NCBI GenBank assembly: GCA_963748235.1
Contig: CAVVHT010000009.1
Span: forward strand, 599,237 to 663,236
Length of the DNA stretch: 64,000 bases
Reading direction: 5' to 3'
From: an uncultured Chloroflexia bacterium
Lineage (GTDB): Bacteria; Chloroflexota; Limnocylindria; Limnocylindrales; CSP1-4
The notes beneath the pieces were generated by a model. That model ran no database searches, was not told the DNA's origin, and saw only the letters and a list, made by a program, of their open reading frames with translations. Every line of letters starts with the position of its first letter. The stretch's first letter is position 1. Positions 30,589-40,127 of this stretch are shown in pieces. The translations under genes and the position numbers were made by a program.

Positions 30589-31383
30589 ATGGACGTGACG
30601 GTCGCCGACCGGGTGCCCTTGGTGGAGATGCGCAACATCAACGTCGCATTCGGCGGCATCCACGCCGTACGGGATGTGACGATCGACGTCTACGAAGGCG
30701 AGGTCGTCGGGCTTGTCGGTGGGAACGGCGCCGGTAAGACAACCTTGATCCGCGCCCTGTCCGGAGCCCACAAGGCGGATTCGGGTGAGATCCGCATCAA
30801 CGGCGAACCAGTGTCAATCACCAATCCCCGTGATGCGAAGCACTACAAGATCGAGACGATCTATCAGACCCTGGCGCTCGCGGACAACATCGACGCGCCG
30901 GCCAACATGTTCCTTGGACGCGAGCCGATGACGCGCTGGGGCACCCTCGACAATTCAACAATGGAAGATCAGACGCGCAAGGTGATGGCACGGATAAATC
31001 CGAACTTCACGAACTTCACGAGCCCGGTGAAGTCGCTGTCCGGCGGGCAGCGTCAGGCAATCGCCATCGCGCGGGCGATCCATTTCGACGCGAAGATCCT
31101 GATCATGGACGAGCCCACCGCTGCGCTCGGCCCGGCTGAGACGGCGCAGGTCCGCGAGCAGATCAAGCATCTCAAGAACGAAGGCGTCGGGATCTTCCTG
31201 ATCAGCCACGACATCCACGATGTGTACGACATCTCTGACCGGATCAGCGTCATGTATCACGGGCGACTGGTGGGTACGGTCAACAAGACCGAGACCACGA
31301 CCGATGAGCTCCTGGGCATGATCATCATCGGCAAGCGACCCGAGCAGCTGACGCGACAGGAGATCGCCGAGCTCCACGGCTGA
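30589..31383 (+). CDS. xylG: Sugar ABC transporter ATP-binding protein (single NBD)
   Basis: Walker [10 protein letters not shown], signature LSGGQRQ and Walker B ILIMDEPT. Confidence 0.88.
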   Translation: MDVTVADRVPLVEMRNINVAFGGIHAVRDVTIDVYEGEVVGLVGGNGAGKTTLIRALSGAHKADSGEIRINGEPVSITNPRDAKHYKIETIYQTLALADNIDAPANMFLGREPMTRWGTLDNSTMEDQTRKVMARINPNFTNFTSPVKSLSGGQRQAIAIARAIHFDAKILIMDEPTAALGPAETAQVREQIKHLKNEGVGIFLISHDIHDVYDISDRISVMYHGRLVGTVNKTETTTDELLGMIIIGKRPEQLTRQEIAELHG

Positions 31384-32289
31384 TGGGCGGCGTGGCCGAG
31401 GTTTCGCCGTCGCCCACGGTGCATCAATTCGAGGGGGACACGATCGAGGTCGAGGTCCTACCCGAGCTGGGCGCTCGCATCCACCAAATCCAAGTGTTCG
31501 GGCACGACGTGATGCGCACGCCCGAGGATCCAGGGACCCATCTCGCCGACCCGTTCTTCTGGGGCGCCTATCACATGCTGCCGTGGACCAATCGCATTGC
31601 ACCCGGTCCGACCGTGGTCGGGCTCGAGAACGGTCGACCTCGCCGTGAACTTCAAGGACGGCACGGCCATCCACGGCTTTCATTACGTGACGCCGTGGGT
31701 AGTCGAGGAAGTCGGCTCGTACTCGGTGTCGGGGGGCGGCGGCGCAACCGGCTGGCCGTGGCCGTACACCGGGCGCGTCGAGCTCAGCGTCGATGGCTCG
31801 ACGGTTCATATCCGGCACAGCGTGACAAACCTCGGCGACGATCCGATGCCCGCCGGGATCGGAATCCATCCATGGTTCCGCACGCCGGTCGAGGTGCGCA
31901 TCCCGGCTCGGGTCGCCATCGCCTCGAACGCAGACGCTCGGGCGCCTCATGAGCCACTGAGCGAGGAGTTCGACTTCCGTGCCTTCCGTGAGCTGCCCCG
32001 TGGGCTCGATGCAGCATGGACGGACATCGACCAGCCATGCTTCGAGCTTCTCTGGCCACAACTCGCCATCAGCGCCGAGCTCCGAGCCAGGGCGTCGACC
32101 GTATATGTCGTGGCCGCAAGCCCAGCCAACGTGGATGCAGTGGCCATTGAGCCTCAGACACACGCCCCGTGGGGCATGCGACGGTTGCTTGACAAAGAGC
32201 GCGGCGGCCTCGAATGGCTGCAACCAAACGCGACCCTGACCCTTGATTCCGAGCTTTCGTTCCGTCGAGCCGATAAGGAGCCAACGTGA
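31383..32289 (+). CDS. Aldose 1-epimerase (galactose mutarotase-like) family protein; one frameshift as sequenced
   Basis: ORF 31383-31952 (N-terminus up to ...[12 protein letters not shown]) joins ORF 31597-32289 ([18 protein letters not shown]...IGIHPWF...AIEPQTHAP) near 31620. The start overlaps the xylG stop. Confidence 0.7.
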
Positions 32290-33624
32290 CCGCCCCGTTC
32301 TTCGACCAGGTCCCCGATCAAATCCCGTACAGCGGCCTCGATTCAAGCGATCCCCTCGCCTTCCGGGTCTACCAGCCCGACCGGATGGTGCTAGGCAAGC
32401 GGATGGAGGACCATCTCCGGCCCGGCGTCTGCTTCTGGCATTCGTTTGCCTGGCCCGGCGTCGACATGTTCGGCATGGGCACCCTCGATCGGCCGTGGCT
32501 GGAGCCTGACGGACGACGAGATGGCCGCGGCGCGGATGCGCATGGCCGCGGCGTTCGAGTTCTTCACCAAGCTCGGCACGCCCTACTACTGCTTCCACGA
32601 CCGCGACGTCGCGCCCGAGGGCGAAAGCTTCGCGGACTTTAGAGCCAATCTCGACGCGCTGGTCGACGACGCTGCTGGATACCAGGAGCGGACGGGCGCA
32701 CGCCTGCTGTGGGGAACTGCCAACCTTTTTGCACATCCGCGCTACCAGGCCGGCGCTGCCACGAACCCTGATCCGGAGGTCTTCGCATACGCCGCGGCGC
32801 AGGTCAAGCACATGCTCGAGGTGACTCAGCGGCTGGGTGGCGAGAACTACGTGCTTTGGGGCGGACGTGAGGGTTACGACACACTTCTCAACACGGACCT
32901 GCGCCGCGAGGGAGCTCAGCTGGGGCGCTTCCTGACGATGGTCGCGGAGCACAAGGCGAAGATCGGCTTTACCGGCCAGCTGTTGATCGAGCCCAAGCCG
33001 ATGGAGCCGACCAAGCACCAGTACGACTACGACGTCCAGACCGTCTACGGCTTCCTGCTCAAGCACGGCCTCGAGGGGGAATACAAGGTCAACATCGAGG
33101 CCAACCACGCCACGCTGGCCGGCCACAGCTTCCATCATGAAGTTGCGTTCGCCGTCGCGAACGGGATCCTCGGCAGCATCGACGCCAACCGAGGCGATCC
33201 GCAGAACGGTTGGGACACCGACCAGTTCCCGAACTCAGTCGAGGATCTGGCGCTGCCCCTGTACGAGATCCTGCGCGCCGGCGGCCTGGCGCCGGGCGGC
33301 TTCAACTTCGACGCCAAATTGCGCCGCCAGAGCATCGATCGCGACGACCTGTTCCACGCCCACATTGGTGGGCTCGACACTCTCGCCCGAGCCCTGCTCG
33401 TTGCCGCGGATCTGGTCGAGAGCGGCGAACTGGCCGCGAACCTGGAGGGGCGGTACGCCGGCTGGGATGGATCTCTCGGAACGTCGATCCTCGGTGGCGA
33501 CGTTTCTCTCGCTGATCTCGAGCAGCGCGTCGCCGCCGGCGAGATCAACCCGACTCGCGTCTCGGGAAGTCAGGAGCGGCTCGAGAGCTTGGTCAATCAG
33601 CGCATTTGGGCCGCGGACCGCTGA
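32286..33624 (+). CDS. xylA: Xylose isomerase; one frameshift as sequenced
   Basis: FWHSFAWPG...FGMGT is in ORF 32286-32642. Then [23 protein letters not shown]...LWGTANLF...[10 protein letters not shown]...[17 protein letters not shown]...[14 protein letters not shown]...GSIDANRGD is in ORF 32446-33624. The switch is near 32505. Confidence 0.92.
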
Positions 33625-33653
33625 TCGGTCCGCCAGATATCGCTGACCGACAC

Positions 33654-35159
33654 GTGCCGCTCGTCCTCGGCATAGACGTCTCGACGACCGCGACCAAGGC
33701 GGTCCTGGTCGACGAGCGCGGGCAAGTGGCCGCGATCGGCGTCGCTGAGTACGGCTTCGACATGCCGCGGCCGATGTGGAGCGAGCAGGACCCGGCACTC
33801 TGGTGGGCGGGCGCGACGACCGCGATCCGGGCCGCGCTTGAGACCGCCGGCGTTACAGGAGCGGACGTGGCCGCGGTCGGGCTGACGGGTCAGATGCATG
33901 GCCTCGTCGTGCTCGACGAGCACGACGAGGTGCTTCGGCCGGCGATCCTGTGGAACGATCAGCGCACCGCGGCCGAGTGCGACCTCATTCGCACGGTGAT
34001 TGGCCCGGAGCGGCTGATAGAGCTCACCGGCAACGACGCGGTGACCGGCCTTACCGCGCCCAAGCTCGTCTGGGTGCGCGACCAGGAGCCTGACGTGTGG
34101 CGCCGCATCGCCCACGTCCTGCTGCCCAAGGACTACCTCCGATTGCGACTAACGGGCGAGCAAGCGATGGACAAGGCGGACGGCTCGGGCACGTTGCTGT
34201 TCGACCTTGCCGCGCGCGATTGGTCGATGGAGGTCGTCAACGCGCTCGGCATCGACCGCCGGTGGTTGCCGCCCACTCTCGAAGGGCCGCACGTCACCGG
34301 GGCCGTCACGGCCGCGGCCGCCGAGGCGACCGGTCTCGCCACGGGCACGCCGGTCGTTGCCGGCGGCGGTGACCAGTCGGCCAACGCCGTCGGCGTCGGC
34401 GTCATCGTCCCAGGAACGATGGCTCTTTCCGTGGGCACGTCAGGCGTGGTCTTCGCGAGCACGGAGCTTCCGCTGTACGAACCACACGGCCGCGTGCATG
34501 CCTTCTGCCATGCCCTGCCCGATCGCTGGCACATGATGTCGGTCATGCTCTCGGCGGCCGGCAGCCTGCGCTGGCTGCGCGACGCTTTTGCGCCGGGGAT
34601 GCCCTTCGGTGAGCTCGTCGGGACGGCCGCCGACGTTCCCGCGGGCAGCGACGGGCTGTACTTCCTGCCGTACCTGTCGGGCGAGCGCAGTCCGCACCCG
34701 GATCCGCAGGCACGCGGCGCGTTCGTCGGTTTGACACTCGGCCACGATCGGCGGCACATGACCCGCGCCGTGCTCGAGGGCGTTGCCTACGGCCTGCGCG
34801 ACGGCCTCGAGCTGATGCGCGCGGCGGGGACGCCGCCGGCGACCCAGATGCGCGGCTCGGGTGGCGGCCTGGCCAGCCCGTTGTGGCGGCAGATCCTGGC
34901 CGACGTGCTCGGCGCCGAGATCGCCACGCCATCGACGAGCGAGGGCGCGGCATATGGCGCGGCCGTGCTCGCCAGCGTCGGTGCCGGCTGGTTCGCGTCA
35001 GCGGACGCCGCATGCGCCCATCTGGTCAGCGCAACGCCTGTGGCTGAGCCCGGGCCAGACGCCGCGCGTTACGAGGAGGGCTACGACACCTACCGAACGC
35101 TGTATCCGACGCTCGCCGTGGCGATGCATCGCATCAGCGCCGAGGCCGCCTCGGCCTAG
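33654..35159 (+). CDS. xylB: Xylulokinase
   Basis: FGGY kinase motifs LVLGIDVSTTATKAVL, GLTGQMHGLV and ILWNDQR. It follows xylA. The start is taken at the GTG at 33654. Confidence 0.9.
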   Translation: MPLVLGIDVSTTATKAVLVDERGQVAAIGVAEYGFDMPRPMWSEQDPALWWAGATTAIRAALETAGVTGADVAAVGLTGQMHGLVVLDEHDEVLRPAILWNDQRTAAECDLIRTVIGPERLIELTGNDAVTGLTAPKLVWVRDQEPDVWRRIAHVLLPKDYLRLRLTGEQAMDKADGSGTLLFDLAARDWSMEVVNALGIDRRWLPPTLEGPHVTGAVTAAAAEATGLATGTPVVAGGGDQSANAVGVGVIVPGTMALSVGTSGVVFASTELPLYEPHGRVHAFCHALPDRWHMMSVMLSAAGSLRWLRDAFAPGMPFGELVGTAADVPAGSDGLYFLPYLSGERSPHPDPQARGAFVGLTLGHDRRHMTRAVLEGVAYGLRDGLELMRAAGTPPATQMRGSGGGLASPLWRQILADVLGAEIATPSTSEGAAYGAAVLASVGAGWFASADAACAHLVSATPVAEPGPDAARYEEGYDTYRTLYPTLAVAMHRISAEAASA

Positions 35160-36028
35160 AGGACCTCGACGGCGCCGGGCTCGATGCCGATCTCGACACT
35201 CCCTCCGAGCTCGTCATGGATCGTGTCGTCCATGCGTAGCCTCGTCCCCGGCGGATCGAGCCTGATCTCACGCCCTCGCTCGACCGGAAGATCCGGCACG
35301 TGCGCGGACGCATCCTCGAGCCGTCCCGTCAGGTATTTCAGCAGCTCGGGCCGATGCTCCTCGCGCATCAGCACCACGTCGAGCCGTCCGTCGCCGGGGT
35401 TGGCATGGGCCGCCAGTGGGATGCTCGGGCCCACGAAGCGGATGTTGAGGACCTCGACGGCGAGGTAGTCGCCGGAATGGTCACGACCATCGATCTCGAC
35501 ACCCCACCGTGCCGGACGGCTCTCCTCGAGCAGCTGACGGACGAGGGTCAGCGCCCGGTCGGTGACGTGGCCGACGAGCGTCGATGGGTCGTCGACCACC
35601 TTCTCGCCGTGGAGAACTGCGTCGGCAAACACCCCTCCACCGACGCCCTCCACGAAGCGCTCGGTCAGCCCTGCCGCCTTGATCGTTCCGATGTCGAACG
35701 GCCGCGGCGCGTCCTTGCGCCAGCGCTCGATGATCTCGCGCGCATCTCCGACGATGCCCAGCGTCCGAGCGATGTTGTTGGCAGTGCCAATCGGCAGCGG
35801 CGCAACAGGCACGCCGCTGCCCGCCGCTGCGTGGATCACCTCGGCCACCGTGCCGTCTCCGCCGGCGGCAATGTAAATGTCGGCCGGCAGCTGAATCGCT
35901 TTCTTCCAACTCTTCTTGGTCGACTGGTAGCGCACCTGAAAGCCCGCTTTCTTGAGCATGCGCGTTAGTTCAGCGGCCGAGCGTGGCTCGTCGCCCGATC
36001 CTGGGTTGTGGAACAGCGTGACTCGCAT
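35156..36028 (-). CDS. Diacylglycerol/lipid kinase family protein (YegS/BmrU-like)
   Basis: MRVTLFHNPGSGD...YIAAGGDGTVAEV...LPIGTANNIAR is a DAGK catalytic domain. The stop overlaps the xylB stop (convergent). Confidence 0.85.
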   Translation of the reverse strand: MRVTLFHNPGSGDEPRSAAELTRMLKKAGFQVRYQSTKKSWKKAIQLPADIYIAAGGDGTVAEVIHAAAGSGVPVAPLPIGTANNIARTLGIVGDAREIIERWRKDAPRPFDIGTIKAAGLTERFVEGVGGGVFADAVLHGEKVVDDPSTLVGHVTDRALTLVRQLLEESRPARWGVEIDGRDHSGDYLAVEVLNIRFVGPSIPLAAHANPGDGRLDVVLMREEHRPELLKYLTGRLEDASAHVPDLPVERGREIRLDPPGTRLRMDDTIHDELGGSVEIGIEPGAVEVL

Positions 36029-36038
36029 GGAGCCCCCT

Positions 36039-36872
36039 ATGCGCTTTCTGATCGCCAATGACGATGGCATCTACAGCCCCGGCCTGGCCATACTCGCGAC
36101 GGTTGCCAAAGGTTTCGGCGACGTACAGGTCGTGGCTCCCGACGTGGAGCAGTCATCGGCCAGCTCGTCCATCTCGGCCAATCGGCCATTGACCTTTCGA
36201 CCGACGAAGCTGATCGATGGCGTCGAGGCATTCCGCGTCAACGGCACGCCAGCGGACTGTGTCGCTCTCGGTCTCTTCCACCGCGACGACGTCGATGTCG
36301 TCCTGTCAGGCGTAAATCTCGGCCCGAACCTGGGTAACGGCCTATGGCACTCCGGAACCCTCGCTGCGGCGCGTCAAGCGGCGTTGCTTGGCGTGCGCGG
36401 TATCGCCTTCTCCACGCCCGCGGTGCACGACAACCCCGATCTCGGCGATCTCGCGCCGTACATCGGGCAGGTGATGCGGATGCTGCTGCCACGCGAAGAC
36501 CTGCGGCTGGTCAACGTCAACATGCCGGCAAGGCCGCGCGGCATCCGCTGGGCGCGCCAGGCTGTCGAGCAGTACGACGGCGAGGTCGTTCCGGCCAGGG
36601 ATCCCTACGACCGGCCGGTGTACTGGCTCGCCGTGACCCAGCTCCAGGAGCACAGCCCGGAGACTGACCTGTGGGCCTTCGAGCGCGGCTACGTGACGAT
36701 CACGCCCATCCTGCTCGATGCGACCGACCACGCCGCCCTGGGCGCCGTCACGTCTTCAGAGCGGTCGATGGAGTTTGACCAGCCAGACCCACGGCTCCTG
36801 CCCGACAGCGAGGAGGCGGCCATCCGCGAGCAACACGAGTCGGTGGCCGTCGAACGGTCAGCCGGCGGCTGA
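36039..36872 (+). CDS. surE: 5'/3'-nucleotidase SurE
   Basis: MRFLIANDDGIYSPGL...VVAPDVEQSS...SGVNLGPNLG...SGTLAAA. Confidence 0.92.
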   Translation: MRFLIANDDGIYSPGLAILATVAKGFGDVQVVAPDVEQSSASSSISANRPLTFRPTKLIDGVEAFRVNGTPADCVALGLFHRDDVDVVLSGVNLGPNLGNGLWHSGTLAAARQAALLGVRGIAFSTPAVHDNPDLGDLAPYIGQVMRMLLPREDLRLVNVNMPARPRGIRWARQAVEQYDGEVVPARDPYDRPVYWLAVTQLQEHSPETDLWAFERGYVTITPILLDATDHAALGAVTSSERSMEFDQPDPRLLPDSEEAAIREQHESVAVERSAGG

Positions 36873-37542
36873 AGGCGGTCGGCCGCGATTCATCCAGTCC
36901 GGATCATCCAGCCAGGGACGGTCGGCAAACAGGTCGGTCAGCCAGCGACCGAATCGTCCGGGAGGCGGCTCTTCGGGGACATCGGCGAGCAGCCCTTCCA
37001 TCGACTCCCGTACGCGCTGCAGTGAGCGTTTCCACGCCGGCGCGGTCGGCGCGCAACCCGTCGATGGGAAGCAGCATGCCGGCGCGAAGCGTCACCGTTC
37101 CTCCGAAGCGGAGCCAGCGCGTGCCGATCACGGCAACGGGCAGAACGGGCACTTTGGCGCGCAGCGCGAAGTAGGCAGGTCCGTCATAAAGCGGCACGAT
37201 CTCGCCCTCGCGATCGCTGAGACGACCTTCACCGGCGATGATCAGCACGTTGCCGGCCTTGAGCACGCCCACCGCTCGACGCGTCGTGTCAAGCAGATCC
37301 GAGCGGTGCGGCTTGAACGGCACGCCCATCTCCGACCAGCCGATCAATCGGTTGCGCCAGCCCACTGCCATGTCCTCTTCGCGTGGGCCGAAGATGAAGA
37401 GCGGCGGACGCTCGGGCCAGAAGGCCACAAACAGGAACGGGTCGACCCAGTTCGGATGGCTGAAGCACAGGACGTAGGGCGTATCGGTCGGGATGTTGTC
37501 GACGCCCGCCAGACGGACGCGCAGGTAGCAACGAATCAGCAA
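36858..37542 (-). CDS. 1-acyl-sn-glycerol-3-phosphate acyltransferase-like (PlsC family); one frameshift as sequenced, start unclear
   Basis: HX4D-like motif SHPNWVDP and IIAGEGRLSD. After about 37030 the alternative frame reads SLQRVRESMEGLLADVPEEPPPGRFGRWLTDLFADRPWLDDPDWMNRG..., with the stop at 36858. Protein-like sequence continues upstream of the TTG at 37542 with no canonical start codon. Confidence 0.65.
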
Positions 37543-37588
37543 GCCGACGCCGTGTCGGATGAAGAGGTGCTTGAGCCTTCCCGGCGGT

Positions 37589-38638
37589 TCAGGCGCCAGC
37601 GGCCAGCTCCGGCGTCAGGCTGGCGACAGGCGGCAGGGCCACGAGTGGCGGCACTCCCTGCGTGTCTCGCTCGAGCTCATCGAGGAACACCGGCACCAGC
37701 TCGGGATCGAACTGGACGCCGCGCAGCCGCTGCAGCTCGTTCGCGGCACGTTCGTGCGACTGCGCCGGCTGGTATGGCCGGCCGTGGACCATCGCCTCGT
37801 ATGCGTCGGCGATAGACACGATCCGCGCACCAAGCGGAATGCCCTCGGCGCGTAGGCCGTCCGGATAGCCGCTGCCGTCGAAGAACTCGTGGTGGTGGCG
37901 GATGATCGGTGCGAAGGCCCGCGACGCCTGAAGCGGCCGGCAGATCTTCTCGCCGATCTCGGGATGGCGGCGCATGAGCGTCCACTCGTCGGCGCTGAGC
38001 GGGCCCTCCTTACGCAGCAGGTGCTCGGGCACGCCGATCTTGCCCACGTCGTGCAGCAGCGCACCGTAGGCGACCGCCTCAAGCTCCTCGCCGCGCAGCC
38101 CGACGTTGGCGCCGACGCGCGCCGCGTGGTGCGCCAGCCAGCGGCAGTGGTGGACAAGGCCAACGTCCTTTGCCTCAACCGCGTTGGCCAGCGCGGCGAC
38201 GATCTGGTTGGCACGCTCGAGGCTGGTGATCGCGCGCCGGAGCCGCATTGCACTGCGCATGCGAGCGAGCAGCTCGGCCTGCTGGACCGGCTTGGCGAGG
38301 AAGTCATCGGCGCCCGCGTCGAGCGCCATGACCATGTCGTCAACGGCGGTATGCGCGGTGATGACGATCACTGGCAGCGTCGCGGTCAGCGGATCGGCGC
38401 GCAACCGACGGCAGATCTCGAATCCGTCGATGCGCGGCAGGTTCAGGTCGAGCAGAACCAGCTGCGGCGCGTGTTCCACGATTGCGCGTAGGCCGAGCTC
38501 GCCATCGCCGTATCCGCGTACCTGGTAGCCCTCTCTCTCGAGCACGCGAGTGAGCAGGCCGCGCTGCGTCGGCTCATCCTCGATGATCAACACGAGAGCT
38601 GCCGACGCATCCCGAGAACCGCTGATGGCGGAGTACAT
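37589..38638 (-). CDS. Response regulator with an HD-GYP domain (c-di-GMP phosphodiesterase type)
   Basis: REC domain (LIIEDEP...VLLDLNLPRIDG...FLAKP). HD-GYP motifs LLHDVGKIGVP and HHEFFDGSGYPDGL. Confidence 0.9.
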   Translation of the reverse strand: MYSAISGSRDASAALVLIIEDEPTQRGLLTRVLEREGYQVRGYGDGELGLRAIVEHAPQLVLLDLNLPRIDGFEICRRLRADPLTATLPVIVITAHTAVDDMVMALDAGADDFLAKPVQQAELLARMRSAMRLRRAITSLERANQIVAALANAVEAKDVGLVHHCRWLAHHAARVGANVGLRGEELEAVAYGALLHDVGKIGVPEHLLRKEGPLSADEWTLMRRHPEIGEKICRPLQASRAFAPIIRHHHEFFDGSGYPDGLRAEGIPLGARIVSIADAYEAMVHGRPYQPAQSHERAANELQRLRGVQFDPELVPVFLDELERDTQGVPPLVALPPVASLTPELAAGA

Positions 38639-38883
38639 CCACGCCCTCCCTGCTGCGTCGTAGCCGAATCGAAGAACCGGCAGACGACCGGGCAAGCTCC
38701 AGCGGGCACGTGCGGGAACCGTTGGCCGCGAGTATGGCACGCGCCGTGGTGTCAAGGGTGGCGATTCACGCTACTTGGATAGTGGCGCGATCATGTTGCG
38801 GCCCGCCTAGCGCCCGCGTACGATGCGCGGCGAGGTAGGGGAACTGGGACCACGTCCCTTATGGACAGAGGAGGAATTGCTTG

Positions 38884-40017
38884 ATGCAAGGGAAATGGTC
38901 GCTGCCCATCGCGGCAGCGACTGTGCTGGTACTGCTTGTGGCCTGTACCGGGTCTTCGGCGAGCCCAAGCCCGACGGTCAGCCTCGCCGGCGAGTTCAAC
39001 GTCGCGGTTGTCACGGACGTCGGCACGGTTAACGACCGTAACTTCAACGAGTACTCGTACCTGGGCGCCACAAACGCAGCCGACGCAATTGGCCAGACCG
39101 GCTCCGTCCCGGTCTTCGTGCCGCCGGATGCATCGCAATATCAGGCTGGAATCAACTCAATGCTCGAGGTTGGTTACAACGTCATCGTCACGGTTGGTTT
39201 CAACCTCGAGCGTGACACGGTCATTGCGGCCAAGGCCAATCCGGACGTATGGTTTGTGGGCGTCGACCAGAACCCATGCATCACGGCCGAAGGCGCACCC
39301 GATCCGGCCTTCGCTTGTGCGGGCAACGCGAACTTCGCCACCATCCTCCCGAACTACATTCTTGTCCAGTTCCAGGAGGACCAGCCGGGCTACCTGGCCG
39401 GTATCGTGGCTGCCTCACTCAGTGAAACCGGCGTCATCGGTGCGATCGGCGGCATCACGCTGTGCGCCCCGTGCATCCGCTACATCCAGGGCTACGAGCT
39501 CGGCGCGCAGTCGGTGAACCCCGACATCGATGTCCGGGTTGCGTACGTCACGGAGAGCGACTTCGTCCTGGCCTTCAACGATCCGGTCGCGGGCAAGGCC
39601 TTTGGCGAGACGTTCATCCAGCAGACGGGCGCAGACGTCGTCTTCCAGGTCGCCGGGAAGACCGGCAACGGAGTCCTGGACGCTGTCTGTGAAGCTGAGA
39701 TATATGGGATCGGCGTCGACGTGGACCAGTTCCTGTCGTATCCCGAAGCGTCCGCGTGCATCGTGACGAGCGCCGAGAAGAAACTGGCCTTGGCGGTCGA
39801 GGAGATGATCGTCGGCATCACTGAGGGAACTGCCACAGCCGGCGCGAACAAGTTCAACGCGGCCAACGAGGGCATCGGCGTGAGCGAGTACCACGATCAT
39901 GCCGCTCTGATATCCGCCGAGACGCAGACGTCTATCAACACGGCACTCGAGGGAATGGTCGACGGCACGCTCGTCACCTGCCCCGCAGACGGCTGCGGCG
40001 TTTACACCCCGCAGTAG
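38884..40017 (+). CDS. BMP-family (Med/PnrA-like) ABC transporter substrate-binding lipoprotein
   Basis: Lipobox LLVAC, VAVVTDVGTVNDRNFNE, and the downstream ABC genes. Confidence 0.85.
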   Translation: MQGKWSLPIAAATVLVLLVACTGSSASPSPTVSLAGEFNVAVVTDVGTVNDRNFNEYSYLGATNAADAIGQTGSVPVFVPPDASQYQAGINSMLEVGYNVIVTVGFNLERDTVIAAKANPDVWFVGVDQNPCITAEGAPDPAFACAGNANFATILPNYILVQFQEDQPGYLAGIVAASLSETGVIGAIGGITLCAPCIRYIQGYELGAQSVNPDIDVRVAYVTESDFVLAFNDPVAGKAFGETFIQQTGADVVFQVAGKTGNGVLDAVCEAEIYGIGVDVDQFLSYPEASACIVTSAEKKLALAVEEMIVGITEGTATAGANKFNAANEGIGVSEYHDHAALISAETQTSINTALEGMVDGTLVTCPADGCGVYTPQ

Positions 40018-40053
40018 ATCGGAGACGGAAGCTGCCGCTCACGTAGACAATCG

Positions 40054-40085
40054 AATGGGCCGTCCCGCATATGGGGCGGCCCATT
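40054..40085 (+). other. Intercistronic stem-loop after the binding-protein gene
   Basis: AATGGGCCGTCCC-gcatat-GGGGCGGCCCATT forms a 13-bp stem with one mismatch. It lies between the lipoprotein stop and the ATPase start. Confidence 0.55.
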
Positions 40086-40127
40086 CATCTAACCACTGAT
40101 CACTGATCGTGGAGCGAGTCTGACGGT

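Noticed and set aside
30955-33138. A 727-aa ORF on the minus strand, the longest non-annotated ORF in the window.
   Set aside because: It is antisense to well-supported xylG, mutarotase and xylA coding sequence. The product is Arg/Ala/Gly/Pro-rich with no recognisable motif. It is a typical shadow ORF of high-G+C DNA.
38639-38883. A possible riboswitch or leader upstream of the BMP (nucleoside-type) transporter operon.
   Set aside because: Only a small GGGAC-cac-GTCCC hairpin is visible. I could not match any purine, preQ1, ZTP or other riboswitch consensus by eye. A covariance-model scan (Rfam) would be needed.
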